A stretch of DNA of 64,000 nucleotides, from the NCBI GenBank assembly GCA_043228905.1, contig JBHGNT010000018.1, positions 9,362,001 through 9,426,000 on the forward strand, written 5' to 3'. Shown here in pieces: positions 12,301 through 24,266 of this stretch (position 1 is its first letter; the number at the start of each line of letters is the position of its first letter). Position numbers and translations under genes: made by a program. The notes beneath the pieces are model-generated. The model saw nothing but the letters and a program-made list of their open reading frames with translations, was not told the DNA's origin and did not search any database. This DNA comes from Azolla caroliniana (lineage: Eukaryota; Plantae; Polypodiophyta).

Positions 12301-13172
12301 ATTCTCCATCTCCTTGCCACCCGTCTTCACGTCGGGTTCACCACTTGTGTCGTGCCTCTCGGCGCCGGATCATTACGTGAGTTGGGTGGGAACAGCTGGG
12401 GTTTTGGACTAGGAGAAAGGAGATCGTGAGATAGAGATTAATTATGAGTAGATAGCAAAGAGAAAGATAAGAAACTCATGAATCACACGAGTATACTATA
12501 TTAATTGGTACTTAGGTTGTTATGCATAAATCGTGAATCCCACGAATAATTTTTATATTGATCAATACTTAATCCAAAAAAAAACCAACCCTTATACATC
12601 TTTCTCTCCTCCTTATATAAGGACGGAAGAGCCTAAGCATAGCTTCTTGCTTTTCTAAAGTGTTCATGCTCTCTAAATTTGCATGCTTTACTTTTCCCAC
12701 TACGATCTCCTAAATTTAGCATTCATGCCCGCTAGATGTGCATGCGTAATTTTATTAGTGTGGATATAAATAAAGTTTTCACGCATTCTAAAAATGCATG
12801 ACTTACCTTTTAGGTAGGCCAAAATAAAGGTTTTTTATGTATTAAATCTATATTTAAAACACTCAAAATAAATTAGTATAATGGTAAGGTTGGAGTTTGT
12901 TTGCGTGGAGGTGTAGGGTTTGAATCTTGCCCTATGCACATAACAAAAATTTTAATGTTTTTTTTATTTACAATTGTGTCTCTTCATCCCGTAAGAGACT
13001 CTCACCGGCCTTCTTCATCCGGCTCTTCCTTGCCGATTCCTCCTTGCCGGTTTGCCGATTCCTCCTTGCCGGTTTGCCGGTTCCTCTTCGTCCGGTTCTC
13101 ACCGAGTATTTCATTCTCTATCCGAATGGACAAAATGCAATTTCCACGTAGTGTGTAAATTACACTACGACA
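9399..13172 (-). mobile_element. Non-autonomous Gypsy-type LTR element B: LTRs 9399-10307 and 12348-13172, tRNA-Trp PBS, flanked by ACGT
   Basis: LTR termini T(C/G)TCGTGCC...CTACGACA. Perfect PBS TTCACGTCGGGTTCACCA at 12326-12343. PPT CTCGCCCCCTCC after 10307. Gag-like N-terminus at 11965..12330 (FNGNDVSCYL). ACGT at 9395-9398 and 13173-13176. Confidence 0.85.
10529..11932 (-). CDS. Hypothetical low-complexity ORF inside element B, downstream of a gag-like fragment
   Basis: 467-aa open frame with a duplicated PLxLETSAV and repeated RIGKKLI segments. No RT or INT motifs. Confidence 0.3.
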   Translation of the reverse strand: MDMGIELEDDDGANGLTEDWAEVQRVCWRHDERKMRILSTTWPMKDGRLKTNDGADMKAEIQHDGAMEEGVKQATLSSCERTTTKDKVDDLRVANTTSRTEEGFGIRVFETSDEKEVSIIDAFIIDGDKECEADLIEEVTTKDDIESEVAMDESMADGRVKTFPPLVLETSAVAFERQRETEETEGGGEKMKAEADAYNGEIAKVDMCETMENDNTEDSCPLILETSAVVSEKQRETRETGGGGKKGKVGSRFGWKMIGGDRSGKKLIRLSRMMNRSRLVKTRKRKPTKTETDRSKPTRKGADSVQTDQPSPIQLNTNLIESQSNQKPIRRDRIGKKLIRSNRKQIGRDRIGKKLIQLNQGSKRLRPTITTKRRRKDTTTDAEGQADLKGVTEDEISTKEEGSNMKIVNSNARLHDKSEQSGKHGTCTRHERLCPRGARGAATTYHGHANIERRLWWIGWRQWFGWK

Positions 13173-16100
13173 ACGTTCTGTTCTACACAAATACAATGTT
13201 TACCCTAAGTGTATTTATACTAATACACAGTATGGGCTATTTACAATCATGACCATTATTATTATCTAATAATAATAATAGTCTTACTAATCAACCGACT
13301 GATCCGTCAATTGTCGGGTTGGTTCGACTAGTCGGTCGTCTACTCAACCTCGATCACCTCTTGTCGACTCTCCATGTCATCGATTGTCAGCACTCGGCTA
13401 CACCATTCGGCTAATCCATGTCTTCAATTGTCGGCTCTCTTTGAGCAGTTGGCCTCCCCCTTCACTCCAGTGGTGGGAGTCTGTTAGTCCTGCCCTTTGT
13501 TGACAAACTCCGAGTCTGTCCATCGGCAGGTTCTTTGTCACCATGTTGGATCCATTGTCATCAGTATGGATCTTCATGAGGGTAAACTCTCCTTCTTCGA
13601 CGTTCTCCCTCAACCAGTGATACCTTCTCTGTATATGCTTGGTCCGGGAGTGGTATGCAACATTCTTTGCTAGATGTATGACACTCTGGTTGTCAGAATG
13701 AAGCAAGAACTCCCTTTGCTTCATCCCCAACTCACTAAGAAAATTTCTCATCTAGATTAGCTCTTTGTCAGCCTCTACTGCTGCCATGTACTTTGCCTTT
13801 GTGGTCGACAAAGCCATAGACTTCTGTATTCGTGACTGCCACGACATGGCTCCCCCCTGCATAGGTCATCACGGACCCTAACGTGGATCATTTTGAGTCT
13901 ACATCACCTGACATGTCTGAGTTGGTAAACCCTTCGAGCATGGGTTTTCCAACACCCTACCTTAGGCATATCCTCGAGGTGCCTTTTAAGTACCTGAGTA
14001 TCCACTTCACTTCTGCCCAATGTTCTCTTCCTGGATTACTCACGTATCCGCTTATTGTTCCCACAACAAAAGCTATGCCTGGTCTCATGCTGACCATAGC
14101 ATACATTAGACTACCGATAGTTGAGGCATATGGTACTTTCCTCATCTCGGCCTTTTCTTTCTCCCCTCTCGGGCATTGCTTAGCATTTAACTTGCAATTG
14201 GTAGGCAACACCGAGCCGATCGACTTTGCTTCCGACATGTTGAACCTCTCTAGGATCTTTGTCACATACTTCTGTAGTGACAACCACGACACTTTCTTAG
14301 TTCTATCTTGAACTATGTGCATCCACAAGATTTGTTTACCCGGCCCAAGACCTTTCATGGCAAACGATTTACGTAGGGCTTTCTTCAAACTCCAGATCTT
14401 CCTTGTGTCTTGACCGACTATCAATATGTCATCTACATATAACAAGAAAATTAAGAAATCACCTTCTTCATACCTTTTAACGAACACACAGTGATCAACT
14501 TGTGTTTTCAGGAACCAATGTTCCATGTAAAGAATCGATGCTGATTCTTTTGCAGCCGAATAGATGTGTGTTATGTGCGTATATGTGTGAGAGAAAAAGA
14601 GAGGAGAGAAAAGAGAACTCAAGATAGATAAATGAGAGGAAAATAGAATACTCAAGAAGAAGGTGTATATTTCACATGTAGAATAAGAATTACAAAATGT
14701 AGCATAACAAGGAGTCACAACCGACTTAGTATGAAGTGTGAGGAGGGTGCTTTATATATAGTCACCCTCTCTCTTCATTAACTAACTACAACAACCACTC
14801 TCTCTTGGGGAATGTGAAGACTCATAGTCATGGGGAATATGTAACTCATTAGTTATGTGTCATAGAATATGATTCTATGACACATAGTTAATGTGTAGAG
14901 AGTAGTGGTGTGACTCTTGACCTTTGAGTAATCATAGATTCTCAAAAGGTGTGTTCACACATTGCACTATGTTGAGCTTGATTCTCAACACGCCCCCTCA
15001 AGCTCAACTCGGGTCAGTTCCTTTCGATTGATATCTACTTCGGCTGGTATCCGGTTCAAACGATCTTTGGTGTCCGCTTCGGCTCGTACCCAGTTCAGAC
15101 AATATCCGGTTCTCGTTTGTACTCCCCCCCCTCAAGCTTGGCAAGTTAGGGATCGTCAATCCAAGGTCTGACATGAATTGCTAAAGCTTGTCAACTCCTA
15201 GGGCCTTGGTGAAGATGTCGGATGTCTGAAGATTCGTGTTGATGTGTAGAAGATCGACATCTCCGGCCTGAACAAGCTCTCAAATGAAGTGGTAGTGCAC
15301 TTCGATATGCTTTGTGCGTGCGTGGAACACCGAGTTGTGAGCCAGATATATCTTGCTCGTCTTGTCGTAGTAAAGGGGAGTCGGATCCTTGATGGGAACG
15401 CCTAGATCCTTCAAAATCCTATTGAGCCATACGGCTTCACATGCAGCTACAGTTGCGCCCCTATATTCAACCTTCATACTCGAAAGTGCGACGGTAGGCT
15501 GCTTCTTACTACTCCAAGATATTGCTCCACTACCGAGTGAGAAGACAAAACCAGAGGTCGATCGTCAATCAACTCTGTAGCTGGCCTAGTCGGCATCGGT
15601 GTACCCTTCGAGTCAAATTGGTGTGGCCGATGCGTAGAGGATGTCGTAATCCATTGTGCCACTCACGTATTGTACGAAATGGATATTTCGCGGAGTTTGC
15701 ATGAACTTGATAAGGAGGCCTACCAGATAGTTAAGGTCAGGTTGCGTGATCGTGTGATAGATGAGGCTCCCGATCAGTTGTGGATATTGAGTCGGCTCGC
15801 ACTCATCTCTACTAGAGTCAGCATCTAGTTTGAGGTTTCGATTGAGAGGGGTTGCCACAAATTTGCTATCATCCATCCCGAACTTGTATAACAAGTTAAG
15901 CATGTAGTGCCGTTGAGAGATCATAATGCCGGTTGGAATCTGAATTACTTCGATTCCAAGGAAGTAATGAAGTTCCTTCATGTCAGTCATCTCGAATTTG
16001 TTGGAGAGGAGTGACTTCACCTTGTTGATGTCAACTAAATGCTCACCGCTAATAACCAGACCATCCACGTATAGATGATGACAATCGAGCTTCTAGAGTC

Positions 16101-18916
16101 GTTTCGTACATAGAGGGAGTTGTCGGATTTCAACATTCTAAAGCCGATTTGATGAAAATATTGCGTAATTTTTGAATGCCAAGCACGTGGTGCTTGCATG
16201 AGGCCGTAGAGTGGCTTTTTGAGTCAGCACATGGCTTTCGGATGAGTACACGATTCGAAGCCGGGTGGTTGTACCATGTACACCTCCTCTCCTAATTCTT
16301 CTTGAAGAAAGGCGTTCTTAACGTCCATTTGGTGGAGGTGCCACCCTTTTGTTGCTGCAACCGCAATGAATGTCTGAACAGTCATCATCTTTGCCACCGG
16401 GGCAAAGGTTTCCTCATAGTCTAGTCCGTGTGTTTGTGTGTATCCTTTCACTACGAGTCGAGCTTTGTAGTGGTTGATGGAGTCGTCGGCATTATGCTTC
16501 ACCTTGTAGATCCATCTGCAACCGATCGCGTTCTTATGTGGTGGGTGGGGAACGAGATCCCATGTTTCGTTCTTGCAAAGTGCCCGCATCTCCTCGTTCA
16601 TTGCTTTGACCCATCGCGGGTCCTTTACGGCTTCGGAAAAGGTTTCCGGCTCCCGTCCTGTTGCTACCTTCATCATAAAGGCATAATGGTACGCCATAAA
16701 ATCGTTGTAGCCAAATCGGCTTACGGGGTTCTTTTCACGGGTGGATCAGCATAGCTTCTCGTTTGCAGATACTAAGGCTTTCTTTACTCCATTGTTCGGA
16801 TGTCAAGGCCTTCAAACTCACTATCGAGGGAGTGAGTCGATTCGCTGCCGTCGAAGTGATCGTCTTCATACTCCGGCATTTTCGCCTTCCCTTTGTCCAG
16901 CTTCGGACTCGACCAAGATCAATTACGTCGAGTACGCCTTTGCTTACATTCCTCTCCTTCAGAAATGGATGCCGATGTTGCTTGCCAAATTGGCAAGCCG
17001 CACATACACCTCCAATCTCTCTCTCTTTGAAGGTAGGGAGTCCGATGATGACTCCTTTCGATTGCATCACCTTGAGCTTTTGAAGGTTGATATAGCCAAT
17101 CCGCTTGTGCCATAACTCTATGTCGAACTCGGCTTTCATGCCTTTTGCGAACATGGCCAATTTCATCTCATGCGAGTCGAGAATGACCATTCGGCCCTCT
17201 CTTCATCCTCGTGCGAGTCGAGAATGAACATTCGGCCCTCTCTTCGTCCGCACGCAATGAGTCGGCCCTCTTTTTCGATGAAGCAACCGCCTTGATTAAA
17301 TCGAACTTGCATTTCTTGCTCTACAATTTGGCCGATGGTGACCAAATAATTCGTGATAGTTGGTACATGCAAGACATTTTTAATGTAAGTTTTCTTACCT
17401 TCTTTTCTGAATGGAACATTGCCAATGTGCTAAATCGAGTGCATAGTGTCATCTTTAGTTACTTATAGCCGGGTTGGTCTGGCTCTCGAAGTTCTCAGAA
17501 CCATTCTTGATGCGACATCTTCCGGACTCGAAGCCGACTTGCGCATCTTCTTTCGGCACTCTTCTTCGCAGTGGCCAATTTTGCCACAATATCCGCATTC
17601 GATTGAGGTTTGTCGGCTCAAACCAGAATGGTGGCTCCCCCTTCTTTCGAAGGTTCCTCGATGGCCTCCATCTTGTTGCCATAATTGAGAGTTGTTTTCG
17701 TAAATCAGGCCTTGTCCGCCTCATCTTTTGCCGAATCGGCCTCTTCTTGCACGGCCGTATGCGTCCTCTTCCTCCGTCCCAATGCATGTAGAGCATGTGG
17801 ACTTCCGAGGCATTGCTCCTTATTCGAACATGATTTTCTTCGACCAACAACATGGATTGAAGATCGAAGAAGGAGGGTGGATTCTCTCGTGCTAGTACAG
17901 CGGTCTACATCGTGCCGAACCGCGGTGCAAGACTACCGAGGCATATTTGCACCATTTCATCATCCTCCACATTGACGCTTATCGAGCCGAGTGCATCACA
18001 AAGCTCCTTCATCTTCAAGGTGTAGCTTGTGATGGACATATCCGATTTTTGGATGTTGTTCAACTCTTGGCGGAGTTGAAGCTTTCTCGCGTTCGTGTTG
18101 GCGACGAAAATCTTTCGTAGATTCTCCCATGCTTCCTTTAGCGTCTCGGTTTCTCGAATGTAGTCGAGCATGTGGTCGTGAAAACATGTCACGAAGAAAT
18201 ACGTCATTCGGCTTGCCACTTGCTCCCATGTTGCATAGTCGGCATCTTTCGAGTTGGGTCGGTTTTCTTGTGCTCCCTTGATGTAACCCCAATAGCCTTG
18301 GCCGACAAGGTATTGGTGCATCTTGTACTCCCAAGATGCGAAGTTGTTTCGGTCCAACTTCTTGCTAGGGAGAGCGCTCCCCATTTGAGTATTCATTGTT
18401 GATTAAGCTTCCTTTCTTATTTTCTTTCTCTCTCGAACATGAGCTATCTAGTGGTACTACGATTGCGGTGAGTCGGTTCTTCTTGAACGTCGGCGTAGAG
18501 CACAACACACGATCACGATGAGGCGAGTGGGCTAGATCAAGCTACCAAATCGCTCTGATACAATGTAAAGAATCGATGATGATTCTTGTGCAGCCGAATA
18601 GATGTGCATTATGTGTGTATATGTGTGAGATAAAAAGAGAGGAGAGAAAAGAGAACTCAAGATAGATAAATGAGAGGAAAATAGAATACTCAAGAAGAAG
18701 GTGTATATTTCACAAGTAGAATAAGAATTACAAAATGTAGCATAACAAGGAGTCACAACCGACTTAGTATGAAGTGTGAGGAGTGTCAGGAACTCTATTA
18801 AGGCAGAGAAGGAATTAGTACTAAAAGAAGGATTAGTACTATTGTTGGGGAATAGTACTAAGACAGAGAAGGATTAGTACTATGAGAGGTGTCGAACTTT
18901 GAGAGAAGGAATGAGT

Positions 18917-18968
<52 letters not shown>

Positions 18969-19250
18969 TGATGCGAAAGATATATGTATTATATGAAGGA
19001 AGATATACAACAGTAGTTAGAAGGCTTAATACTGGCGTTGAACCGATTTGGTTCGAACTAATGCCTTGCGCCTCCTTTTATAGTGTCTTCAGGAATACTC
19101 CTGAAGTTTCTAGAATGTTCCAGAGAAATCTGGAATATACATCAATTTCCCAATAAAACCTAAATGAAAATAATATCCTTCAAATTACAATTCATAACCT
19201 AATGGTAAAGTCTTGACCCGTGTAACAAAAGGTTATGGGTTCGAGTCTAG

Positions 19251-22200
19251 TTATGACACTATCCCCCCTTTAAAACGACGAGTTCCACGAGTCGTTTTGG
19301 ATTGAGGACCCGGTTTCTCGGGATATCGTCGATGGAAGTCTTCTAGAAGAGCACGAGCATTGGTCACATTCTCGATCGGTTCCCAAGTACGCTCGCTGGG
19401 ACTATATCCTAGCCAATCGACTAGATAGTAGAGCTTGTTGCGAACAATCTTGGAATCGAGGATGGCAGCGACCTCATACTCAGGTCCATCTTCGAGCTCG
19501 ATAGGAGGTGGTGGTTGTATAGTACGTCCTGGGATAGTGCTCTCGTGGTAGGGTTCGAGGAGAGAACTATGAAACACCGGATGTATCCGAAGTTGCGGAG
19601 GTAGCTCGAGACGAAAAGCGACATCATTAATCTTCCCGATAATACGGAAAGGACCTAATCGCCGATAATCCAACTTCTCACATGGGTGAGTAGTCTTGAT
19701 GTGTCGTCGTAGCAGCCACACCCGATCTCCAATGTTAAAACTGGATGGAAGTCGATGACGATCTGCGTAGTCTTTGTGTGATTGTTGAGCTTGCTGGAGT
19801 TGAGTAGATAAATCCGCTTGTATCTTGCGTAACCGCTCCAAACGATCCTCCGCGCAAGGATTTGTGGACACTTCTGGGGTTTCAAGGACACACCACCGGG
19901 GATGATATCCCGTATAAGCGTAGAATGGCGTGACTTTAGTCGATGCGTGGATAGCGTTATTATAGGCAAATTCAGCGAACTGAAGAATATCTGCCCAGTC
20001 ATTCTGATGATAGTTGAGAAAGCACCGCAGATACTGCTCCAGTGTTTGATTTGTTCGTTCGGCTTGACCGTCGGTTTGTGGGTGGTAGCCGGAGGAGAGG
20101 TTACAAGTGACCTTCAGCATTTTAAAAAGGTGCTTCCAGAATTTTGACACAAACTGGGGTCCACGATCGCTGATGATATTATCAGGGAGTCCATGATGCC
20201 GACATACTTCCCGCATGACAATTTCGGCGGTGTCTTCACTAGATATTTCTTTAGTACATGGTAAGAAATGAGCCATCTTCGTATATCGATCCACCACTGT
20301 GAGAATCGCACTGAATCCCTTAGAGACTGGAAGATCTGTAATGAAGTCAAGAGCAATGGATTGCCATGGCTTGCTTGGAATTGGTAATGGTTCTAATAAA
20401 CCATATGGATGATGTCTTGGCATTTTCGCTCTGCAGCATGTATCGCAAGTCCGAACAAAATCTTCGACAAATTGTCGCATACGGGGCCACCAGAATGATC
20501 GTTGTACTAAATCTAATGTTTTAGTACTACCAAAATGTCCTGCTGTATATGTGTCATGGCAGTTTTGTACTACTCGAAGGCGGCAAGAACCATCAGGAAC
20601 ATACAAAAGTTCTTTAAAGAAGAGTAATCCATCACAGTATTTGAATTGCCGATAATCCGTACCTGGTGATTGTGATTGTGAACATGACGCTCGAGAGGGG
20701 TCAATTTGTGCTAGTATAGCTTGGGCGAAAGCGTCAGTCTTCAAGTCCTCACGTATAGTATTGGTAATGTCGGAATCCACGGGCATGTCAAAGACCTGTG
20801 CTGCTTGCAGTCGTGCTGGACCCAAGATTACTTGCTTCTGGTTATCGAAAGCTGGCTCACCGGGACGTGGTGTTAGATACGAACGTCGTGATAATGCATC
20901 TGCCTTCCCTTGGTGCTTCCCCGGACGATATGTAATTTTGAAGTCGAAGCGTGTGAGGAAGTGGGCCCACCGAGCTTGACGTCGATTCAGTACACGAGCA
21001 TCTTGAAAGTAGGCAAGGTTCTTGTGGTCACTGAATACAGTGACCTGATGAGGAGATCCCTCCAGGAAATGCCTCCATTGCATAAAAGAATCAACTATTG
21101 CTAATAGCTCTTTATCATGAATTTCGTAGTTGATTTCGGCGGCGTCAAACTTACGGGAGTGGAAAGCCACAGGATGTAGCTTCTCGTCGTTACCCTGTTG
21201 TGACAGAATGCTCCCCAATGCGAAATCCGATGCGTCAGCTTCGATAATGAATGGTTTTTCCGGATCCACATGACCTAAAATTGGAGCTGATGTAAACGCC
21301 TTCTTAAGACTCTCGAAAGCCATGTCCGTCTCTTTAGACCAAATGAATGATTGTCCCTTCCTGGTGAGCTGTGTGAGAGGCAGCACAATTTTTGAGTAAT
21401 TTTGTATGAACTTCCGGTAAAAATTTGCAAAGCCTAGGAAGCATTGCACATCCCGCACCGAACGCGGAGTGTGCCATTCTATCACCGTTTTGACCTTGGC
21501 TGGGTCCATAGATATGCCTTCTGAGGAGATGACATAGCCGAGAAACTCCACTTGGTTGCACCCGAAACTACATTTCTCTAACTTTGCATACAGACCATGT
21601 TCTCGAAGTCGTTTTAGTACTAATAGTACATGAGAATCATGTTCTTCTTGGGTCTTTGAATAAACCAGTAGATCATCCAAATAGATGATCAAAAAATCAT
21701 CCAAGAGATCTCGAAATATATCATTCGCCATGTGCTGGAAGACTGCCGGCGCATTAGTGAGTCCGAACGGCATGACCGTATACTCGAAGTGCCCATATCT
21801 GGTGCGAAACGCGGTCTTCCATTCATCTCCTGGTCGGATCCGTACGAGGTTATAGGCTCCTCGTAAGTCGATCTTCGTGAAGAACCTGGCACCGTTGATC
21901 CGTTCTAAAAGACTTGAGATAAGGGGAAGAGCATACCTATTTCTTACTGTGACCTTATTCAAGCCACGGTAATCTACAACGAGTCGAAGCGAGCCATCTT
22001 TTTTCTTGAAGAAGAAAATGGGTGCACCGGCTGGAGATTTCGAATGCCGAATGAAACCGTTCTCCAAATTCTCCTCTATATAGGCTCGAAGGACTTCTAG
22101 CTCGGTTGGTGACAAATTGTAGATCGGCCCCCATGGCGGCTCTTTTCCCGGTTGTAAGTCGATGGCACAATCGTACGGCCGATGATGAGGAAGTGTGTTG

Positions 22201-22808
22201 GCTTGTACTTTATCGAACACATCAGCATACTGACGATACTTCTCGGGAAGTTGAACGGTGGACCCCTCTTTGGTGGTGCTGGAGGGTTGTACTGATATTG
22301 CGAAGAGAAACATTTCCTCCTTGCGCCCTTCCTCACGCAACTGACGTAGCGAAATGGTTGCAACCTTCTGGGTAGATCCTTGGGTTTGTCGCAACCGGAT
22401 TTCCCTTGTCCTCCAATCTATGTCTGGGTTATGTAACTCGAACCATGGTAATCCTAAAACTATGGGATGTTCTGGAATACTAATAATATTAAATGATACT
22501 ACACATGTTAAGTTATCTAGGACAATATTAACGGGTTCCGACTCTTCTATGATATTACCTGAAGCAATGGGACGACCATCAATGACTACTACTGAGGCTG
22601 GACATGGGAGCTTTCTGAGAGATATCTGATGAGCTCGGGCAAAATTCCTATCCATGAAACAAGAATTAGCTCCGGAATCTAGAAGGGCTAAGGTATGTAC
22701 TAGAGGGGTACTTTTAGTACTAACTGCTACTTGGGCTACGAACACATCACTAACTTGCTTAGAGGGAATGGAACCACTAATGGGCTGCACAGATCTAGGG
22801 CTGTCCAA
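19251..22808 (-). CDS. pol: Gypsy Pol polyprotein: protease-RT-RNase H-integrase-chromodomain
   Basis: Uninterrupted 1185 aa with LLDSGA, YLDD, ADASDFALG, HHCC zinc finger, DRGPQF...ERTN, GPF and the chromodomain YEVAAILDSK...YLVDWLGYSPSERTWEP. Confidence 0.97.
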   Translation of the reverse strand: MDSPRSVQPISGSIPSKQVSDVFVAQVAVSTKSTPLVHTLALLDSGANSCFMDRNFARAHQISLRKLPCPASVVVIDGRPIASGNIIEESEPVNIVLDNLTCVVSFNIISIPEHPIVLGLPWFELHNPDIDWRTREIRLRQTQGSTQKVATISLRQLREEGRKEEMFLFAISVQPSSTTKEGSTVQLPEKYRQYADVFDKVQANTLPHHRPYDCAIDLQPGKEPPWGPIYNLSPTELEVLRAYIEENLENGFIRHSKSPAGAPIFFFKKKDGSLRLVVDYRGLNKVTVRNRYALPLISSLLERINGARFFTKIDLRGAYNLVRIRPGDEWKTAFRTRYGHFEYTVMPFGLTNAPAVFQHMANDIFRDLLDDFLIIYLDDLLVYSKTQEEHDSHVLLVLKRLREHGLYAKLEKCSFGCNQVEFLGYVISSEGISMDPAKVKTVIEWHTPRSVRDVQCFLGFANFYRKFIQNYSKIVLPLTQLTRKGQSFIWSKETDMAFESLKKAFTSAPILGHVDPEKPFIIEADASDFALGSILSQQGNDEKLHPVAFHSRKFDAAEINYEIHDKELLAIVDSFMQWRHFLEGSPHQVTVFSDHKNLAYFQDARVLNRRQARWAHFLTRFDFKITYRPGKHQGKADALSRRSYLTPRPGEPAFDNQKQVILGPARLQAAQVFDMPVDSDITNTIREDLKTDAFAQAILAQIDPSRASCSQSQSPGTDYRQFKYCDGLLFFKELLYVPDGSCRLRVVQNCHDTYTAGHFGSTKTLDLVQRSFWWPRMRQFVEDFVRTCDTCCRAKMPRHHPYGLLEPLPIPSKPWQSIALDFITDLPVSKGFSAILTVVDRYTKMAHFLPCTKEISSEDTAEIVMREVCRHHGLPDNIISDRGPQFVSKFWKHLFKMLKVTCNLSSGYHPQTDGQAERTNQTLEQYLRCFLNYHQNDWADILQFAEFAYNNAIHASTKVTPFYAYTGYHPRWCVLETPEVSTNPCAEDRLERLRKIQADLSTQLQQAQQSHKDYADRHRLPSSFNIGDRVWLLRRHIKTTHPCEKLDYRRLGPFRIIGKINDVAFRLELPPQLRIHPVFHSSLLEPYHESTIPGRTIQPPPPIELEDGPEYEVAAILDSKIVRNKLYYLVDWLGYSPSERTWEPIENVTNARALLEDFHRRYPEKPGPQSKTTRGTRRFKGGIVS

Positions 22809-22979
22809 CCAAACGGCTCCTATTTTGGCTGGACTTAGTCGTTTAACTCTTCTTCTAATTGGCTAAGGACATCAAATTTGTTTGCGAGATTCGGACTATT
22901 AGTACTATTAGGACTATTATGACTATGAGGACTATCAGAGATTCCTACTGAAATAGACTCGGGTTTAGTATAGTCAGAA

Positions 22980-24005
22980 CTAACAACGACTTGGTTTACC
23001 TGCCTTCTTGGTCTATGGGGACAGTTTATCGCGATATGCCCTGGTCCACCGCAATAAAGGCATAATCGGTTTGTTCGGCGTCATTGCTTTTCCTCCTCCG
23101 ATAGCGGCCCACGACGACGTGTAGTGTCAATTTCCATTGGAGTTGGAGTACTTACTGGAGGCGCATTATGTGACTCCCTTTGAAAAGGTTTCGCTACCAC
23201 TGAGGCATAGGTAGGCTCGGATCTTGCCCTCGGCATCTGAAATTGTCGTTCCGAACGTCGCTCGAAGAGGCGGTTGTCACATCTGACCGCTCGACTGATT
23301 GCTTCTGTTAATGATTTTGGCTCTTCAGGGAAAGTCAAGAGTAAATCCTTGACATCGTTGCGTAGACCATAGCGGAACTGCTCCATCAATGCTTGATCAT
23401 CCCAGGGGATATCGGCGGCGAGTAGGCGGAAATCTGCAGCATATGCGGAGGCTGGACGGTCACCTTGGCGTAATCGCCGGATTTTGTTGATTGCAGTCCT
23501 TATGCTGTCAATATCTCCAAAACATGCTTTAAACTCACTTATGAATTCTTCAAAATTATTTAGTACTGGAGATTCCTTTTCTAGTAGCGGAGCGAACCAT
23601 GCTAATGCTGAGCCATTTAACAACGTGCCTACTAAACCCACTCGTGATGCATCGGTGGGATATCGGGACGGATGCATTTGAATAACTAACCGTACCTGGT
23701 TAAGAAACCCTCTAAACTGCGATCGCGTTCCATCGAACTTCGTGGGAAGGCCAATCTTGGGTTCTTTATGAATCCCTTGTGCTCCGTGCCCTTTGTTGTT
23801 GCATTGCTACGATGGTTGCTTCGAGTTGTTGCACGCGTAACGCAAGTTCCCCATGCTGTTGTTGCGTTTGCTGCTTTTCTAAGGAAATTTGCTGAAGATC
23901 CCCCAACAAGCGTTGATTTTCTTGTTCCAAAGCATGAAACTTCTCTTTCAAGCATTGAAATTCCGAGAAAACGGATTGATACTCTTCAGCGCTAACGGTG
24001 GCCAT
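22980..24005 (-). pseudogene. gag: Gypsy gag, disrupted by one frameshift (~23770) and a TGA at 23081 before the zinc knuckle
   Basis: ORFs 23766..24005 and 23081..23677 (retrotransposon gag, PMEID motif). CLYCGGPGHIAINCP follows the stop in frame. Confidence 0.85.
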
Positions 24006-24214
24006 GGGATGAAGGAAAAGGGAAATAAGAGACTAGTAGGAAAGGAGGGAGACAGAAGGAAGAGGGAGAGAAAATCGGTTCAAACTGTCAGGAACTCTAT
24101 TAAGGCAGAGAAGGAATTAGTACTAAAAGAAGGATTAGTACTATTGTTGGGGAATAGTACTAAGACAGAGAAGGATTAGTACTATGAGAGGTGTCGAACT
24201 TTGAGAGAAGGAAT

Positions 24215-24266
<52 letters not shown>

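Noticed and set aside
18915-18965. (GA)n microsatellite as an independent feature
   Set aside because: It is part of the Tcn1-like LTR and is present in both LTRs.
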